Positions 23,698 to 36,890 of a stretch of 64,000 nucleotides of DNA are shown here, piece after piece. The position numbers were made by a program, and so were the translations under genes. Where the stretch lies: the NCBI GenBank assembly GCA_009103225.1, contig RHPI01002533.1:1301183-1365182 (forward strand), given 5' to 3'. The notes under the pieces were generated by a model. It was not told where the DNA came from. It saw nothing but the letters and a program-made list of their open reading frames with translations, and did no database searches. Source of the stretch: Chlorokybus atmophyticus. Its lineage: Eukaryota; Plantae; Mesostigma and Chlorokybus algae. How positions within the stretch are numbered: the stretch's first letter is position 1; the number at the start of each line of letters is the position of its first letter.

Positions 23698-25348
23698 CTA
23701 GCTCTTTCTCCGCCGCATCATCTCTCCCATAAGGCCTCCCATGCCACCGGGCATCATACCCAGCATGCCCATTGGTGGGCCACCAACGACCCGTGGACTC
23801 TTCAAGCGCAGTGAGCCAATCACCTCGCGCGTCTTGCCAAAGTATACCTGTTGGCGTGTAGTGCTTGGGTAATCTCAACAAGGCTACGGCCATACGATGG
23901 TTAATGAAAACCTAGCCCGAAGTCACTGTAAACTGCACAAGTGCGGCAACTGGGCTGCATGCGTTCAAGGCAGCCAGAACATACCTCATCCATGGTGTTG
24001 CGCAGCTTTGCTTCCATTTCCTCAATCAATTTACCAATGTTCACTAGATGCCCTTCCCGATTCTCGCACACCTGCTCTGCCTGTGCAAACATCCAGCTGT
24101 CAGCAAATGGGAGACATACAAGCACACAAGCAGATACCTCAGTGCAAGCCTAACCTGTCTTGTGAGGGAGCCTGACACACTGTTTAAGCCTGTTTTCTGG
24201 CTGCGTGTCGTGAGTGATAGCATGACAGTACTTGTTAATCTGTACAAGGACTGAGACTTGCTGGCTGGTTCCACCTGAGCAAAGTACAATCAGCAAACCA
24301 TCCTGGCCATAGCAGTGTCACAATCACACGTAGGTTTGTAATGCACCTCAACTACATGGATGGCGTCCCAACTGCCGCTCTCCAGCGTGACGGGTCTGGC
24401 CTCAACACCTTCTGCGTCGTTTGAAGGTTGTTGACCTGTGGCTTCTTTCTTTATCAAGAAGCACGCAGCAAAGGATGCCGGCAGTGCCTCCGGCGACGCG
24501 GTCTCTGCCGGTTCTTCCAGATCCCACAGGTATGCTGAAGAGACGCCACCACCATGGTATGCATGCCTGTACGCATCCCAAACCTGCCATGCCAACAATG
24601 GTAACTCAGTGGAATAACGCCATTGTTGTAAGCAGCCACCTGTACAGGGTGTCATGGTCATGGTCATGGTCATGGTCATGGTCATGGTCAACTTCACATA
24701 GCGCAAAGTATATGCAGTTGAAGCACAGAATGCTGCGATTGCTATGTGAGTGCAATGCCGGAGTGCAGCAGTCATGCATTGTCCCAATGCAATGGACGCC
24801 GTGCGTAGCTACAACCAAGACATTGGTCTTGGTGCTTGAAATCTGCTAACATGCAGGTCAAACTGCATGCCCGATGCCAGCGTGCACAATGAAGCGACAA
24901 CCGCTGACAAGACTGTCGTAATGCATGTACATAGCTCCCCTCGCGCATAACTTCAGTACTACATTCAATGATGTCAGCTCACATAATTGGCTTCAATCTC
25001 CAACGCACGCAATGCAGGTGAGGGGGCGTGCCCGCCAGGATCCGGCAGCGGTGGGTAGTAGCGCCCAGACCACGGCGACCTGTGGGAGCTCCCTTCCCTG
25101 TTGTACACGCAAGCTAGAAAGGCCCGCCGTTCGTCGCTGCTGTCACCGCTGTCCTCCGGCACCACAAGCACACCGGCCCTATCCACCCTGCTGGACAGCT
25201 CCTCGGCCAGCTCCGGGTCGTCCACCAGCTCCATCAGCGCGTCCAGGGCCTCCCCGGACGGCACCGCGCCGGGATCAGACCTGCGCAGCAGGTCCAAGCT
25301 GGCCTCCAATGCGACCGCCCGCCCACCATCCTCGCCGCCATGCTCCAT
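23698..25348 (-). CDS. CPB: F-actin capping protein beta subunit, 5 exons
   Basis: SLDLLRR, YNREGSSHRSPWSGRYYPPL, LRALEIEAN, YHGGGVSSAYLWD, GSWDAIHVVEV, YRLTSTVML, SGSLTRQ, HLVNIGKLIEEME and VYFGKTREV. Confidence 0.95.
24651..24690 (+). repeat. (GTCATG)6.7 hexanucleotide microsatellite in CPB intron 1
   Basis: Direct reading of the sequence. Confidence 0.95.
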
Positions 25349-25450
25349 GACCTCCTCGCCCACACCCGCAATGACAAACCCCACAAAAGTCCACTGCATT
25401 GGTTCAAAAGTGGCGCCAGCAGCAAACGGCCCGCCGCATGACGCTACTCC

Positions 25451-25466
25451 AAACCCTAGCCCTAAT
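25451..25466 (+). promoter_or_regulatory. Telo-box AAACCCTAG with an overlapping GCCCTAAT in the divergent CPB/nucleolin promoter
   Basis: Telomere-like motif known from promoters of plant ribosome-biogenesis genes. Confidence 0.55.
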
Positions 25467-25934
25467 CACGTATGCGGCGGGCCGGCTGTCACCGCGGCGG
25501 CGGCGGCCGCCGCTTTGAGAGATATCTATGACCGGTTGCCAGCCGGCCGCCACAGCGGGACGAACTTTTGATCCGTCATTGAGAACAAAAATCTTCTGTG
25601 GCTCAGTTCAAGCTCTAGCGTCGGATTCCAACAGTGCAGTCCGCGTACCTTTGGGGAACGGTGCTGAAGAAAAGAGTTGTCGCTGTGCCGAAAGTAAAGT
25701 GCGAGAAAAGTGTTCCGGACAAACGGGCATGAATGCTGTGCCCGCGCGCCTAGCGTAGGTCTTTAGCTTGACTTGCCGCCGCCGCCGCCGCCAGCAGTGA
25801 GGCGCAGTGAGGAGTTTTTGTGCGACGTTCACAGCTGGAGGGCTGCGTCGGGTTGGAGTGCTACTGGTGGAGGAGTGGTTGCAGGGGTGGAAGGTTGGTT
25901 GCCAGGTTGCGCGCGTGCGTGCAGAGCAGCAGCG

Positions 25935-28716
25935 ATGCCGAGAACTAAGAAAGACGTGAAGGTGAGCTGCCGTCATGCTTTTCTCTTGTTTAGCTGTCTG
26001 CCGGTGTCTGTTATCCTTGTTCTTCGTGTTGATTTTGTGCGAAAGCTGAGCATGTCGGCACGGCTGCAGGATGCACTCATCGCTCACCAGCAGAAGACGG
26101 CGCAGATAGAGAAGGGTGCGCATGGCTGCTGTTTTGGTGTTGCGAAAGCATTGGTGCTGCATGCTTGTGGCATTGCTCTTGTCATGTGTGGACAGTCCCG
26201 ACACTTGGCACTTAACTTGGTTCAGTCATCCCATGCCATGCGAGTCTTCATGCATGCTTCTGTGACATGTGCAGAAAGAAAAGAGCGAGCTGCCCAGCTG
26301 GAAGCAGAGGCCGACGCCCGCGAGGCGAAGAGGGAAGCCATGAACGGCGGAGGCAAAAAGCAGAAGAAGGCTCCTGCCAAGCCTCCGCCCCCGCCGGAGG
26401 AGTCCGACGATGATGACAGCGACGAGGACGAGTCTGACGAGGAGCCCGCAAAGCAGGTTGGTGCATTGGCGTGCATGTCTTGTAGAGTGCTGCAATTGAT
26501 TATTGCCAGTGTGCTTTATCACAGCATGCAAATTGGTGTTGAGCTTTGCAGTTAACAACGTGTGCTTGCACCACCAGGCGCCCAAGAAGCCCACTCCAGC
26601 GCCAGCAAAGAAGGGAGCTGCCAAGCCAGTTGCGAAGCAGGAGTCTTCAGACGATGATGACGACGAAGATGAGGATGATTCAGATGACGAAGACGAGCAG
26701 CCGGTAATGATAGGTTTGCTGTCGCTATGTCAGCCATAGTATGTACATTGTGCAGCTACATACCAACTTGTCATTGGAGTGTTCTCATGTTGATTGGTTA
26801 CACAGGCAAAGAAGCCAGCTGCAGCTGCTAAGAAGCCTGCAGCCAAGCAGGAGTCATCAGATGAAGAAGAGAGTGAGGAGGAGAGTGAAGAAGAGGTGAG
26901 TGAGGCATATTGGCCGTGTGCTGCCCTGCACATGTGTGGGGAGCAGGCAGCTGAGTATGTCCATTTGCCTCACAGGCGCCCAAGAAGGCTCCAGCCAAGG
27001 CTACTCCTGCAAAGAAGGCTGCGCTAGCAAAGCAGGATGAGGACGATGAGGACGACGATGACGAGGATGATGACGAGGATGACGATGAGGATGACGAGGT
27101 GAGCACTCCACATGCTTTGTGTCCAGATACGAGTTGTTCTTCACTCGCATGCATGCTAATTGAGCCACAGTGGCGCAAAGCACGTACTTAGCAGGCTGCA
27201 CATGGTCAGTTGCATGTTGCTAGCAGTATTACTAATTGTGCTTGCTCTTGTACAGCCCGCTGCCAAGAAGAAGCCCGTTGCCAAGCCTTCTCCCGCCAAG
27301 CCTGCAGCAAAGAAGAGCAAAGATGATGACGAAGACGATGACGAAGACGACGACGAAGATGATGATGAGGATGACGAGGAGGATAAGGTGCGCAGTTGTA
27401 ACTCTGCCATTTATACGGGCCTTCGCATTGTCTGTCAGCAATAGCTCCCCGCAGTTTTTGTCACATGCTGTTACCTGGCGGCTTGCACTATCTTGCAATG
27501 CAATATGACACTTTGTCATACAGCCCACTGCGATGGACAAAGATGATGACGAGGATGAGGATGAGGATGAAGAAGAGGAGAAAGAGGAGAAGACGCAATC
27601 TAAGAAGCGCAAAGCAGATGAGACTGCCGCCCCTGCTGCAAAGAAAAACAAGGCTGAGGATGAGGACGCAGCAGGAGAATCGTCAACGATTTTTGTTAAG
27701 AACCTGCCATGGGCTGCAGATCAAGACTCACTGTAAGATGTTGTGGGTGTAGTTGTCGTAGGTCAGAGTAGTTGTGCAATGTGCGTTGTGCTTAATGGTG
27801 GCTATCCTATGCGCAGTTCCGAATTCTTCGCCGACTGTGGAGAGGTTACTGATGTCCGGGTTGCTGTGGGTGAGGACGGGCGGTCAAGAGGCTTTGGCCA
27901 CATCCAGTTTGCATCATCAGCCGCGGCCAAGAAGGCACTGAAGAAGAGCGGACAGGATTTCAACGGCAGGGAGCTGTTCATTGACCTTGCACAGGAGCGT
28001 GGGGGCGGTGGTGGCGGCGACAGGCGCCAGTCCAACGGCTTCACTCCAGGAAAGAGCCCTGGCAGTGCAGGACGAGGAGATAGGGGCCCTTCTGTGTTTG
28101 TGAAGAACTTTGACAAGTACCAGGGCGAGGACGATATCCGCAACCAGCTGTCTGAGGCTTTCGCTGAGTGCGGGGAGGTTGTCAACGTGCGCATCCCCAC
28201 CGACAGAGAGAGTGGAGAGATCAAGGGCTTCGCCTTTGTGGAGTTCTCATCAGAAGACGCCCTTGCCAAGGCGAGCGAGCTTAACGGCATGGAAGTCGGA
28301 GGGCGTAACATTGTTGTGGATGCCAGCGGCGGCGGTGGCGGTGGCGGCGGAGGGGGTGGCTTCAGTGGTGGCCGCGGTGGTGGGTTTGGCGGCCGTGGTG
28401 GCGGTCGCGGCGGCTACGGTGATCGGGGTGGACGTGGTGGTCGTGGGGGCCGTGGCGGCTTTGGTGGTGATAGGGGTGGACGTGGGGGTCGTGGGGGCCG
28501 CGGTGGCTTTGGTGATCGGGGTGGACGCGGTGGTGGCCGTGGAGGCGGCCGCGGTGGGTTCTCAAAGCCCAACATGGCAGCACCTGGCACAGGTACTGGG
28601 TGTGCTATTTTTGCATGTTCCTTTGTGTTTAGCATAGCTGTTTCAACCCCAGCAGAAGTGTGCGCATGCTGACTGGCTTGCTCGCAGGCAAGAAGATCAC
28701 GTTTGGAGAGGATTAG
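25935..28716 (+). CDS. NUC1: Nucleolin (acidic/basic N-terminal repeats, two RRMs, GAR domain), about 11 exons
   Basis: Alternating Lys/Pro/Ala and Asp/Glu tracts. RRM1 TIFVKNLPW...SRGFGHIQF, RRM2 SVFVKNFD...IKGFAFVEF, RGG repeats and a C-terminal GKKITFGED*. Confidence 0.96.
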
Positions 28717-30840
28717 AGCTGTCGTACTCACTTGTTAGGTGCTGGTTAGCTCATATTGTATTCAACACTGCTCTCATAGAGTTTGACACAAAGTGCTTTT
28801 GAGGGCACTCGGTTGCTTCTGTTGTTTCTTTCTTTAGCTGGAGTACTTGACGGTGTGCTCATACATACTTGACACACGCACATGCACTCGATTGATTGGG
28901 TTGCAAGCATGGAGGGTTGCGGCATACCAGTTCATGCCAAGCACATCTAGACCAGAAGTTCTGCACAAAGCATCCCAGTCATGTTTTGTTCTGGTGAGCT
29001 ATGCTATTCTAGCAACAATGACATCACAATGACTGCGTCACTTGCGCTAGTCGGTGGGGTTGATGAGGTACACAGGCAGCAGGCATCATGAGCTTAGTGC
29101 TGAGAACCATAATCCTTGCATGCTTTATATCATACACAAAACTGCCTCGAGCATATCCTGTAAAGTGCGCAGCTGCCTACCCAGTACACAGTCACATGAA
29201 TATAAAGTTGTAACTTGACTTCACAGTTGCATACTAGGTGCATCAAAATGCTCTCAGCAGTGCTTCCCTTTGTCAAAGTACACATGGCTGCCATCCATGT
29301 GTACAAGTACAGTCTCCGAGACTGCTTTGCAGCTCATTGCTGCTACTAGCAATGGTCGTGCATCGTACGATTGTCTGCTACGACCAGCACCCTAACGCTG
29401 CGTCTACACCTTTGGCGGCGCTCGCACTGATCAGTTCACGGGGGGTTGACGTGTAAGTCAGGGGCTGCTTGCATGAGCTTTGCTTTGCCTTGGCGTAACA
29501 TGTAACTACTGCCCGGTCAGCAATCGGTGATGTAATTGCTATTGCCTTAACTGATATTGATTTATGAACAACTGGAGCTAACATGCCACTCTGATCCTAA
29601 GCTGCTAACCAGCAGGCGTTGCGTGCGGAGCAGTAGTGAGTCCTGGTGGGACCAGTGCAGCATACTTCAACAACTGGCGGCGGCCTAGTGGGAGCGGCGG
29701 CCAAGCAGTCGTTGCAGTTGTCAGCGTCGTCGACGTCGTGCATGGCCTTGCTCTACCAGACAACCCGGACTGACCCATCCCTCTGCCTCTCCCCCTGCGC
29801 ACTGCAAATTGTTCCCTGCTTGGTTCTTGCCCGCTTGCCCCTGCTCTGCTACCTGAGGGTCTGAGTGGTTGGTCCTAGTGTTGGTCTTGAGTGCGTAAGT
29901 CTACGTTGTAAGCTCTGCTTGGCCCCCCCGCCTAATTGATTGTTGCTTACCTGTTGTGCTGGACTTGTGACTGCTGATGGCATTTCGCACGCACATCTAC
30001 CCACAGAGTCTGCTTCGCGCAACTCTGGGGCGGGCGGCATAGCATTGAGCACTGCACATCACCGCACTTGTCTTGCCGCTTCTTGCTTCTGCCACTGCTG
30101 CTGCTCCGCTTCTCAAAGACTCACCATTGCCTCCTGCCTGTGATTCACAGGTTGGTTATGCCGTTGGTGGTTGCTGCTGCCTCCTGCTGCGCGACACTTG
30201 CACAGCACATATGGCATTAAGTGTGGTGTAGGTTAGGTGAATTCCTCGCGTGGAATAGTTGTATTTGCTTGTTCATACTAGCTTGTTCCTTTATGCTGTG
30301 TGTTTGCACTTTGAGCATGTGTGCGTGACTTGGGATGACTTCGATGTATACCCTACGCTCAACACCGGCGTTTGTCAGACATCTAGTGGCAAAGTGATAC
30401 TTCAGTTGACTTTTGTCGGTGATTCGTAGCAGGGCTTGCGCTGACCTAGCACTACCACTAGAAGTACACGAGAAGCACATACGCGCATGTAAAGCGCTGT
30501 AAGGGATGGCAGTTGGACCCTGGCAAACATGCATATCAATATTTCCTTCTGCAACCGTCCATCACAATGGCACACGACCCAGTACAGCTGTGCACAGCAA
30601 CCCCACAGGACGTACAGTGGTGCAGCTGACAATCATTGTTGGCAGCATGAACCTCATGATGGGCATGTCCAGCTCCTCCTAGCTGTCGCACAACAAGGTG
30701 GAAGAGCCAATCTGCTACCAGTTAATGTACCCCTGGCAGCCCCTTGCACAGGGTATCCATTGGAACGAAAACCCAATACTGTCGTGCGCTGCTATTGGAG
30801 TGTGCACTGGTGTCTCACAAGCTCGGGCATAGCAGGCGTG

Positions 30841-33319
30841 TCACTTGACTGCATTGGTCGGTTTGAACCACTTGGTCAAACCCTTCTTTTTCGGCAAGGG
30901 AAACATCTCCTTGATCGGAGTGAAGGTGCGTCTGTGTATCTCCACAGGACCAAACACTTTTAAGGAGGCTACGTGTGCAGCTGTGGGATAACCCTTGTGG
31001 AGACCGAACCCATAGTTAGGCCATTTCCTGTAATCAAATGACAAAAGCGATGAACACAAAGCACTGCGAGTTGCAGGTAAGTCGGATATCATGTCAGCAC
31101 CTGTCGTATTCTCTCATGATGCGGTCTCGGGTCACCTTGGCAAAGATTGAAGCGGCAGCAATCGCCAGACACTTGGAATCACCCTACAACAGCGTAAGGT
31201 TGACCATCAGCTAAGTGTCATAGCAGTTGGGGACAAATGAGACTTCGCACTGCAATATGTTTGTTGACTACCTTAATGACAGCCGCTGATCTGGAAGCGC
31301 TTATGCCTGAAGGAACGCGATTGCCATCGACCAAGACGTAATCGGGTTCCTTGCCAAGGCTGTCTCTCAACTTGTGTACAGCCTCCTGCATGGCCGTCAT
31401 AGTAGCCTGCAAGTGCCAACTGCATATGGCGCATGCGCGGTTGAAGTGTTTCACAAGTCAGGATCAGATATGACTTTACACACCTGCAGGATGTTAATGT
31501 CATCAATCTTCTGCGCGTCCACAATTGACACCTGCAGCAACATGCAAGACTTTTAGCATTGGCATGGCGTTCATTCCAACAGGACAGTCCCCCTCGTGCA
31601 TGGTTTGAGAGGCACGACGGCAGATGCGACGACTGTATGCATGTGCATGTGTCCTGTGCGCCACGTGCAAGCCCACAACTGTTGTTGGAACGCACTTACT
31701 GCATAGTACACGCCTGATGTCGACGCCAGAGTGTCGTGCAGCCGTTCACGGTCTGCCTCCGTCATCTTCTTGCTGTCATTGATTCCTGCATCAAGTAACC
31801 TCAAGACCTCCGGCCATGCTCACTGAGTCCAGCAGAGCATGCACAAGTCGCACGATAACTCAAGGTGTAAGTATATGTGTGTGAGGGTGGAGTATAAGCT
31901 GACTGCGGGGGCAATCCTGTTTGGCTCACCTTCAATTGCTACAGATGGGTCCAACACGCATGCGGCAGCCACAACTGGCCCAGCCAATGGACCACGCCCG
32001 GCTTCGTCGATGCCAGCCACATGACTATACCCCTGCGCCCACAACTCTGCCTGGCAAGAACAAACTGTCACCATAGCCTTGTTGCTTGCGCAAGAAGCAA
32101 GCAACAACGACATTTGCTATGCAAACAAGCAAACAAGGGAGATTCTCTACATGTCGTACTTGATGTTAGTGACATTGACAACACCCAGATCGGCTGCGCT
32201 CATGAGGAAATGCTCGCTAACCTGGTCGACTTGCCAGTGATCACCGCAACGATCGCATAGTGTCGCAATGCAAGATAACTCGCATTGCAAAGTATGAGCC
32301 ATCGGTCCAGGCGTTCAGCAAACACGACAAGGTTACCAAGGATCCTTGTAAAAGCAGCTGAGCTGGGAGTTGTCATCTTCACCAACACGCAGGTGCAAAA
32401 TGCATAAAGACAATTCACGCCAAGCAACCAGTCGTGAACAGCTTCGCCGTGCGTCATCATGACATACACCAGTCGTCAAGCAGCAACAGCAAAGCCAGCT
32501 GGCCACTGACCTCCATCTCGCGTGTGGGGCCACCTGTCAGCACGCGTCTGCGCTTGACAGGGCTGCGCACTGCGTTGGTGGGCGACACTCCCTCCGTTGC
32601 ACGCTCCACTGCACCAACATCTTGGCTCACACGGTCCAATGCCACGGTTGCAAGCAACGCAGTGGGTTCTTCTTTGTTTGCTCTAGCCCTTGTGCGCTTT
32701 GGCTGTGTTTTAGCAGGCGTCGGAATGGAGGAAGATGGTTCTACGCACCACAAGTGAGACAAGCTGCTCGCCAAGCTAGCAGCTGGAATTGCAAGGATGA
32801 CAAGTGCATGCAACCGCAACAGTGCCCCTTGCTGCTGAATAGCAGTAAGGGGCACGCGTGTGGGCGGCTGGCCCCTGCATGTCACCTCAAACATTGCTTG
32901 CTGAACTACTCGGAGACAGATCCGAGTAGTTCAGCAACAGTGTGAAACCGAAGAGATTGCCTCCTCGCAAACATGGCATGCAACCAAGCGGAAGTAACAA
33001 TCACTTGCATTGCTTGAGGTGACAACCAAGACAAACATAAGCTTCGTGTGCTGGCACGATCAAATCTGCGACATGAAAGCATGCACAAAACAAGCTTGCA
33101 CTCTTGAGGACTGCACAAACTCAACTCACCTCCGGCTTGTTTGGCCATCACTGCTTTGGCCTTTGGCATGGGGCGAGCTGATTGCAGCTGCTTGGCGGGG
33201 CGGCCAGCGAAAAGCCCATGCACCGCGTTCAACCTTCCAGGCCCACGCCGGCATAGACGGACAGCGACTCCGCCTGCGCCAGCGACGACGCCGCCCACGC
33301 CGCCCAGCACGCCAAGCAT
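30841..33319 (-). CDS. rnhB: Bacterial-type ribonuclease HII with an N-terminal organellar-targeting-like extension, about 8 exons
   Basis: [78 protein letters not shown] and [10 protein letters not shown]. Confidence 0.93.
32887..32948. other. Perfect 17-bp inverted repeat (6-nt loop) in RNase HII intron 1, extendable to about 25 bp
   Basis: TTGCTGAACTACTCGGA (32898-32914), loop GACAGA, TCCGAGTAGTTCAGCAA (32921-32937). The flanks ACATTG/CAGTGT also pair. Confidence 0.9.
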
Positions 33320-34032
33320 GACCCCCACGCTGACAACATGTGAGAAGATTCTGTGCTTGTGTGTGTGAGGCGGCGGCAGTGGCGGCGGCAGCGGGAGGAG
33401 CGTGCGGCTTTGAACGGAATTGGACGTCGTCCTTGAGCGGGCTAGTGGGTGACGTGTGCTCGGGCGCACTGCGTCTGTTCTCTCATACACTCGCTTCTTT
33501 GCAAGGTCTGTGTCTACTTGCTATGCCGTCATGCAGCATGACTCATGCTATGCCAGCATGCTGGCTTGCTTGTCTCTCTTTGCATAGGCAGCTGTTCAAC
33601 TTCGCCAAACACGGCTCTTTGCAATGCGCCTTGCTGTCGTTAACGTTCTCGTCAGTGTTTGCACTGCTATTGGCAGCGGCGTTGGTTGATGACTGTGCTC
33701 AACGTGGCGACGCTGCCTAGCGAAGCATGAGCGTATTAGGCGTTATAAATCTTAAACGCAGTGGTTTTTTTAGTGGCTTTGCGTCATGCATGTACGACGG
33801 GGCGCAAGGCCACACAGGAAAGCAGTCTCTGCTGTGCATTCACAGTCGCTAGCAGTTGGAGCACTGCCCTAAGCAGAGCTCAAGCTGCCCTCGATTGCTA
33901 GTTGTACGGCATGCTGCACTTGCTCATGGCCCTCAAGTCTTGCGTGCTCGTTGCTCTGTGCGAATGTGCGCTCATTCAAAGCACCCTGTCTGCTGCTGAT
34001 GTTGAATTCAACTATGCAGGAAAGTTGGCGCG

Positions 34033-36775
34033 ATGACATCCTTACCCGTGTTGCTCACAAGGTGTTCCCACGTCTCAAAAGACAGCACCGCGCCACATGT
34101 GTTGTGCAACGCACCAGCTGGCCTTGGAGCAAAGCCGAGGCGTGGGCAGGCTGCCTCGCAGCTGGCGCACATCACGGGCCAGTCGTTGGCGCCATCATCA
34201 CAACACCGCAGAAAATTGCACCAGCCGCAGCAAGCTGTGCCCTGCCAATCGCAAAGCACACGCGTGTCCGCAAGCTCTAATGGCAACATCAACGTTTCAA
34301 AAAATGCAAGCATTAACTCTGCCAAAGCTTCAGCAAGCAGCGGCGGCAGCAGCAGCAGCAGCAGCTCACAGAATGGTACGTCACAACATTGTAACATGAA
34401 TGATCTTATATGTAGCAAGCGTGTACTCTCTGCCTGCACCTGAAACAGAGATGTTTCAGGTGCAGGCAGCAACAACGTTCTCGATTCGCTCATGAACTTC
34501 TTCAAGAACCCCTTTGGGTTGAAGAAGCCTTCAAAGCAGCCCGTGGATTCTGCAAACCCACCGCCACCACCACCACTGCCGCCGAGGAAAACGGTGTTAG
34601 TTGCCGGCAGCAGCGGCAGAGTTGGAAGACACGTGGTGCAGCGGCTGCTGTCCAGCAACTGTCGCGTGATCGCGCTCGCGCGTGACACCACCAAAGCTGC
34701 GACAGTCTTCCGCGAGATGGGCCTTGTGGAGGGACAGAACGCTGATGGCGGCGTCCTTGAGATACGTGAGGGTGACTTGCGCAAGGCAGAGTCGCTGCTC
34801 GACGCACTGCAGGGCTGCGATGCAGTTGTGTGCACGACCGGGCCGAAGTTTGACCGCATGGGAACAGGTGGGCCATCATACGTGGACAACTTGTCCTCAG
34901 AGGTATGTTTTTCTGCTCATACTCGTGCTGTCTCTTGGCTTTACAGTGCATATCCTGCTGGTTCAAGTCATTGTCACGTACAAACTGCAGCTTGCCTGTC
35001 TGTGCACAGGAAGTAGACTTTAAGGGGGTAAAGAAACTGATCAAAGCCGCTAATGCTGTGCTGCCTGTTGATGGGCGCACACGCAAAGAGATGACATTGT
35101 TTGCCTTTGACTCGAATGCAGCAGCTCTTGGCAACCAGGTTGGCATAGCCTAGCACCACTCCTGCGTTGTAGATGTTTGCTGTTTGCACTGCTGAGACAA
35201 CCTTTCCACCCTCGTCTGTAAGCAGGCAGATACAGTGTCGCCGCTTGAGAAGACAGCTGCAGCGGATTCACCGAATGATGCACAGAACCAGGTGTTTGGC
35301 TGGCTGAAGAAGCAGTATCCTGACTTGGACAAACCTGCTTTGGCGCCCGACAATGGTGCCCCGTTGCTGGAAGCCGCCACAAGGCAGCTAGTGGACGGAT
35401 GGGAGCGTTTGGACGATGTCATCATGGGCGGGCAAAGCGAAAGCTCTTTTGCAAAGGGCAATGGTTGCGCAGTCTTTTCTGGCATTGTGCGAGTTGAAGG
35501 CGGTGGCTTCTGCGGTGTAAGGTGCGTCACAGTGCTTAGTCTCACATATAACACATGCATTCCTTGGACATGGCTAAGAACATGATTGGCCACACGGCAC
35601 TTGTTTCATGAATCAATTGTTGCTGATATGCAGGACCAAGACGACAACCACCCCGCTGCAGCTGCAAGGTTATGATGGTGTGTCTCTGATGGTGCGCGGT
35701 GATGGCAAGAGATACAAGATGAACTTGAAGACAGAAGTCGAGACTCCGGAATTCACTTACCAGGCCTCATTTGACACCGTTGAAGGACAGTGGGTTACGG
35801 TTGACATACCCTTTGACAGGTTCAGGCCCGTCAAGCGCGCCAGGTTGCAGCTCGATGCTGCTCCTCTCCCGCTCGATAGTGTCCGGCAGATCGGCCTCGT
35901 GTTGAGCCGATTCGAGTATGAAGGAGCACCCAACATTATCTTTGATGAAGGAAAGTTTTCCCTTGAGATTGCCAGCATACGCGCGTACAGAGTGCCCTGC
36001 CCGCAGTTTGTGCTGCTCAGTAGTGCAGGCGTGGAGCGAAATGCGCGCGTTGTCACCCCACAGGATCGCGAGATGCAAATACCGATTGTCAAGTTGAACC
36101 CAGGTGGGCAAGGCGGTTGTTGTCATTGACGCCTTTCCTCTATGCCTGCCAGCAACTTCTTTGAGGCAGCACAGCAGCAACAGTCACGGTCGATGTGTAC
36201 ATTGAACAACATTGCTGGCATGGCAGGTGGCATTCTGACATGGAAGCTGGCTGGCGAGGTGGCGTTGAGGAATAGCAGTTTGCCGTATGCGATAGTGCGA
36301 GCGTGCGGGCTGACAGAAACTGACGCGGATGTGCCTTTCCGCATGGAAGTGGCTCAGGGCGACTGCATCACAGGCAACCTGTCCAGGCAAGAAGCCGCAA
36401 TCGTGTGCGCTGAAGCTCTGGACTCGCAGGATGCCACGTTTGCCACCTTTGAGGTAAGGAGATCCATCATCAACCATACCAGATACTGTGTTTGCATGCT
36501 TATTGTTTAGTTATCCATGGTGCATATTCTGTTGCGCCACTCTTAACTTGCGTGCTCCTCTGAAGGTGCGGCGGGATGAGCTTGCACGCGGCACCAACGA
36601 AGAAAACTACAAGCAGCTGTTCAGGCGCCTGAGGCCAGACTTGAGGCCTGGCACACAGCTGTACTACTTTTCTAACCTGCTGAACCCTGCGCCACAAGCC
36701 CAGCCCCAAGCTGCACCAGCAAAGCAGGCTGAGGAGGAGAAACGGCCAGAGCCCGCAGGCGCTACTTCATCATGA
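34033..36775 (+). CDS. Plastid NAD(P)-binding Rossmann-fold protein with an inserted CIA30 domain (HCF173/At4g18810 family), about 8 exons
   Basis: Transit peptide, VLVAGSSGRVGRHVV, VDFKGVKKLI, WERLDDVIMGGQSES, FSGIVRVEGGGFCGVR, LMVRGDGKRYK, FVLLSSAGV, ILTWKLAGEVALRNSSLPYAIVR and QGDCITGNLSRQEAA. Confidence 0.9.
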
Positions 36776-36890
36776 ACAAGGCTGCAAGCATTTTGTTGAT
36801 AGAGCACGATTGGTATAGCATCATTGAAGGCGGTAAGTGTTAACATGTTTGTGTGCGTGATGCATTCAGCCCACTTAGCTTGTATTGTAC

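Noticed and set aside
25962-27815. snoRNAs in nucleolin introns (expected by analogy with vertebrates)
   Set aside because: No intact C/D or H/ACA architecture was seen in any intron.
29055-29110. TTGATGA...CTGA C/D-box-like pair downstream of nucleolin
   Set aside because: The C box is non-canonical, the span is only about 50 nt and no rRNA-complementary guide was recognised.
30620-30690. Minus-strand CPS-TGA-GS reading resembling a CxxU selenoprotein motif
   Set aside because: A second in-frame TGA follows six codons later, there is no thioredoxin-like context and no SECIS was identified.
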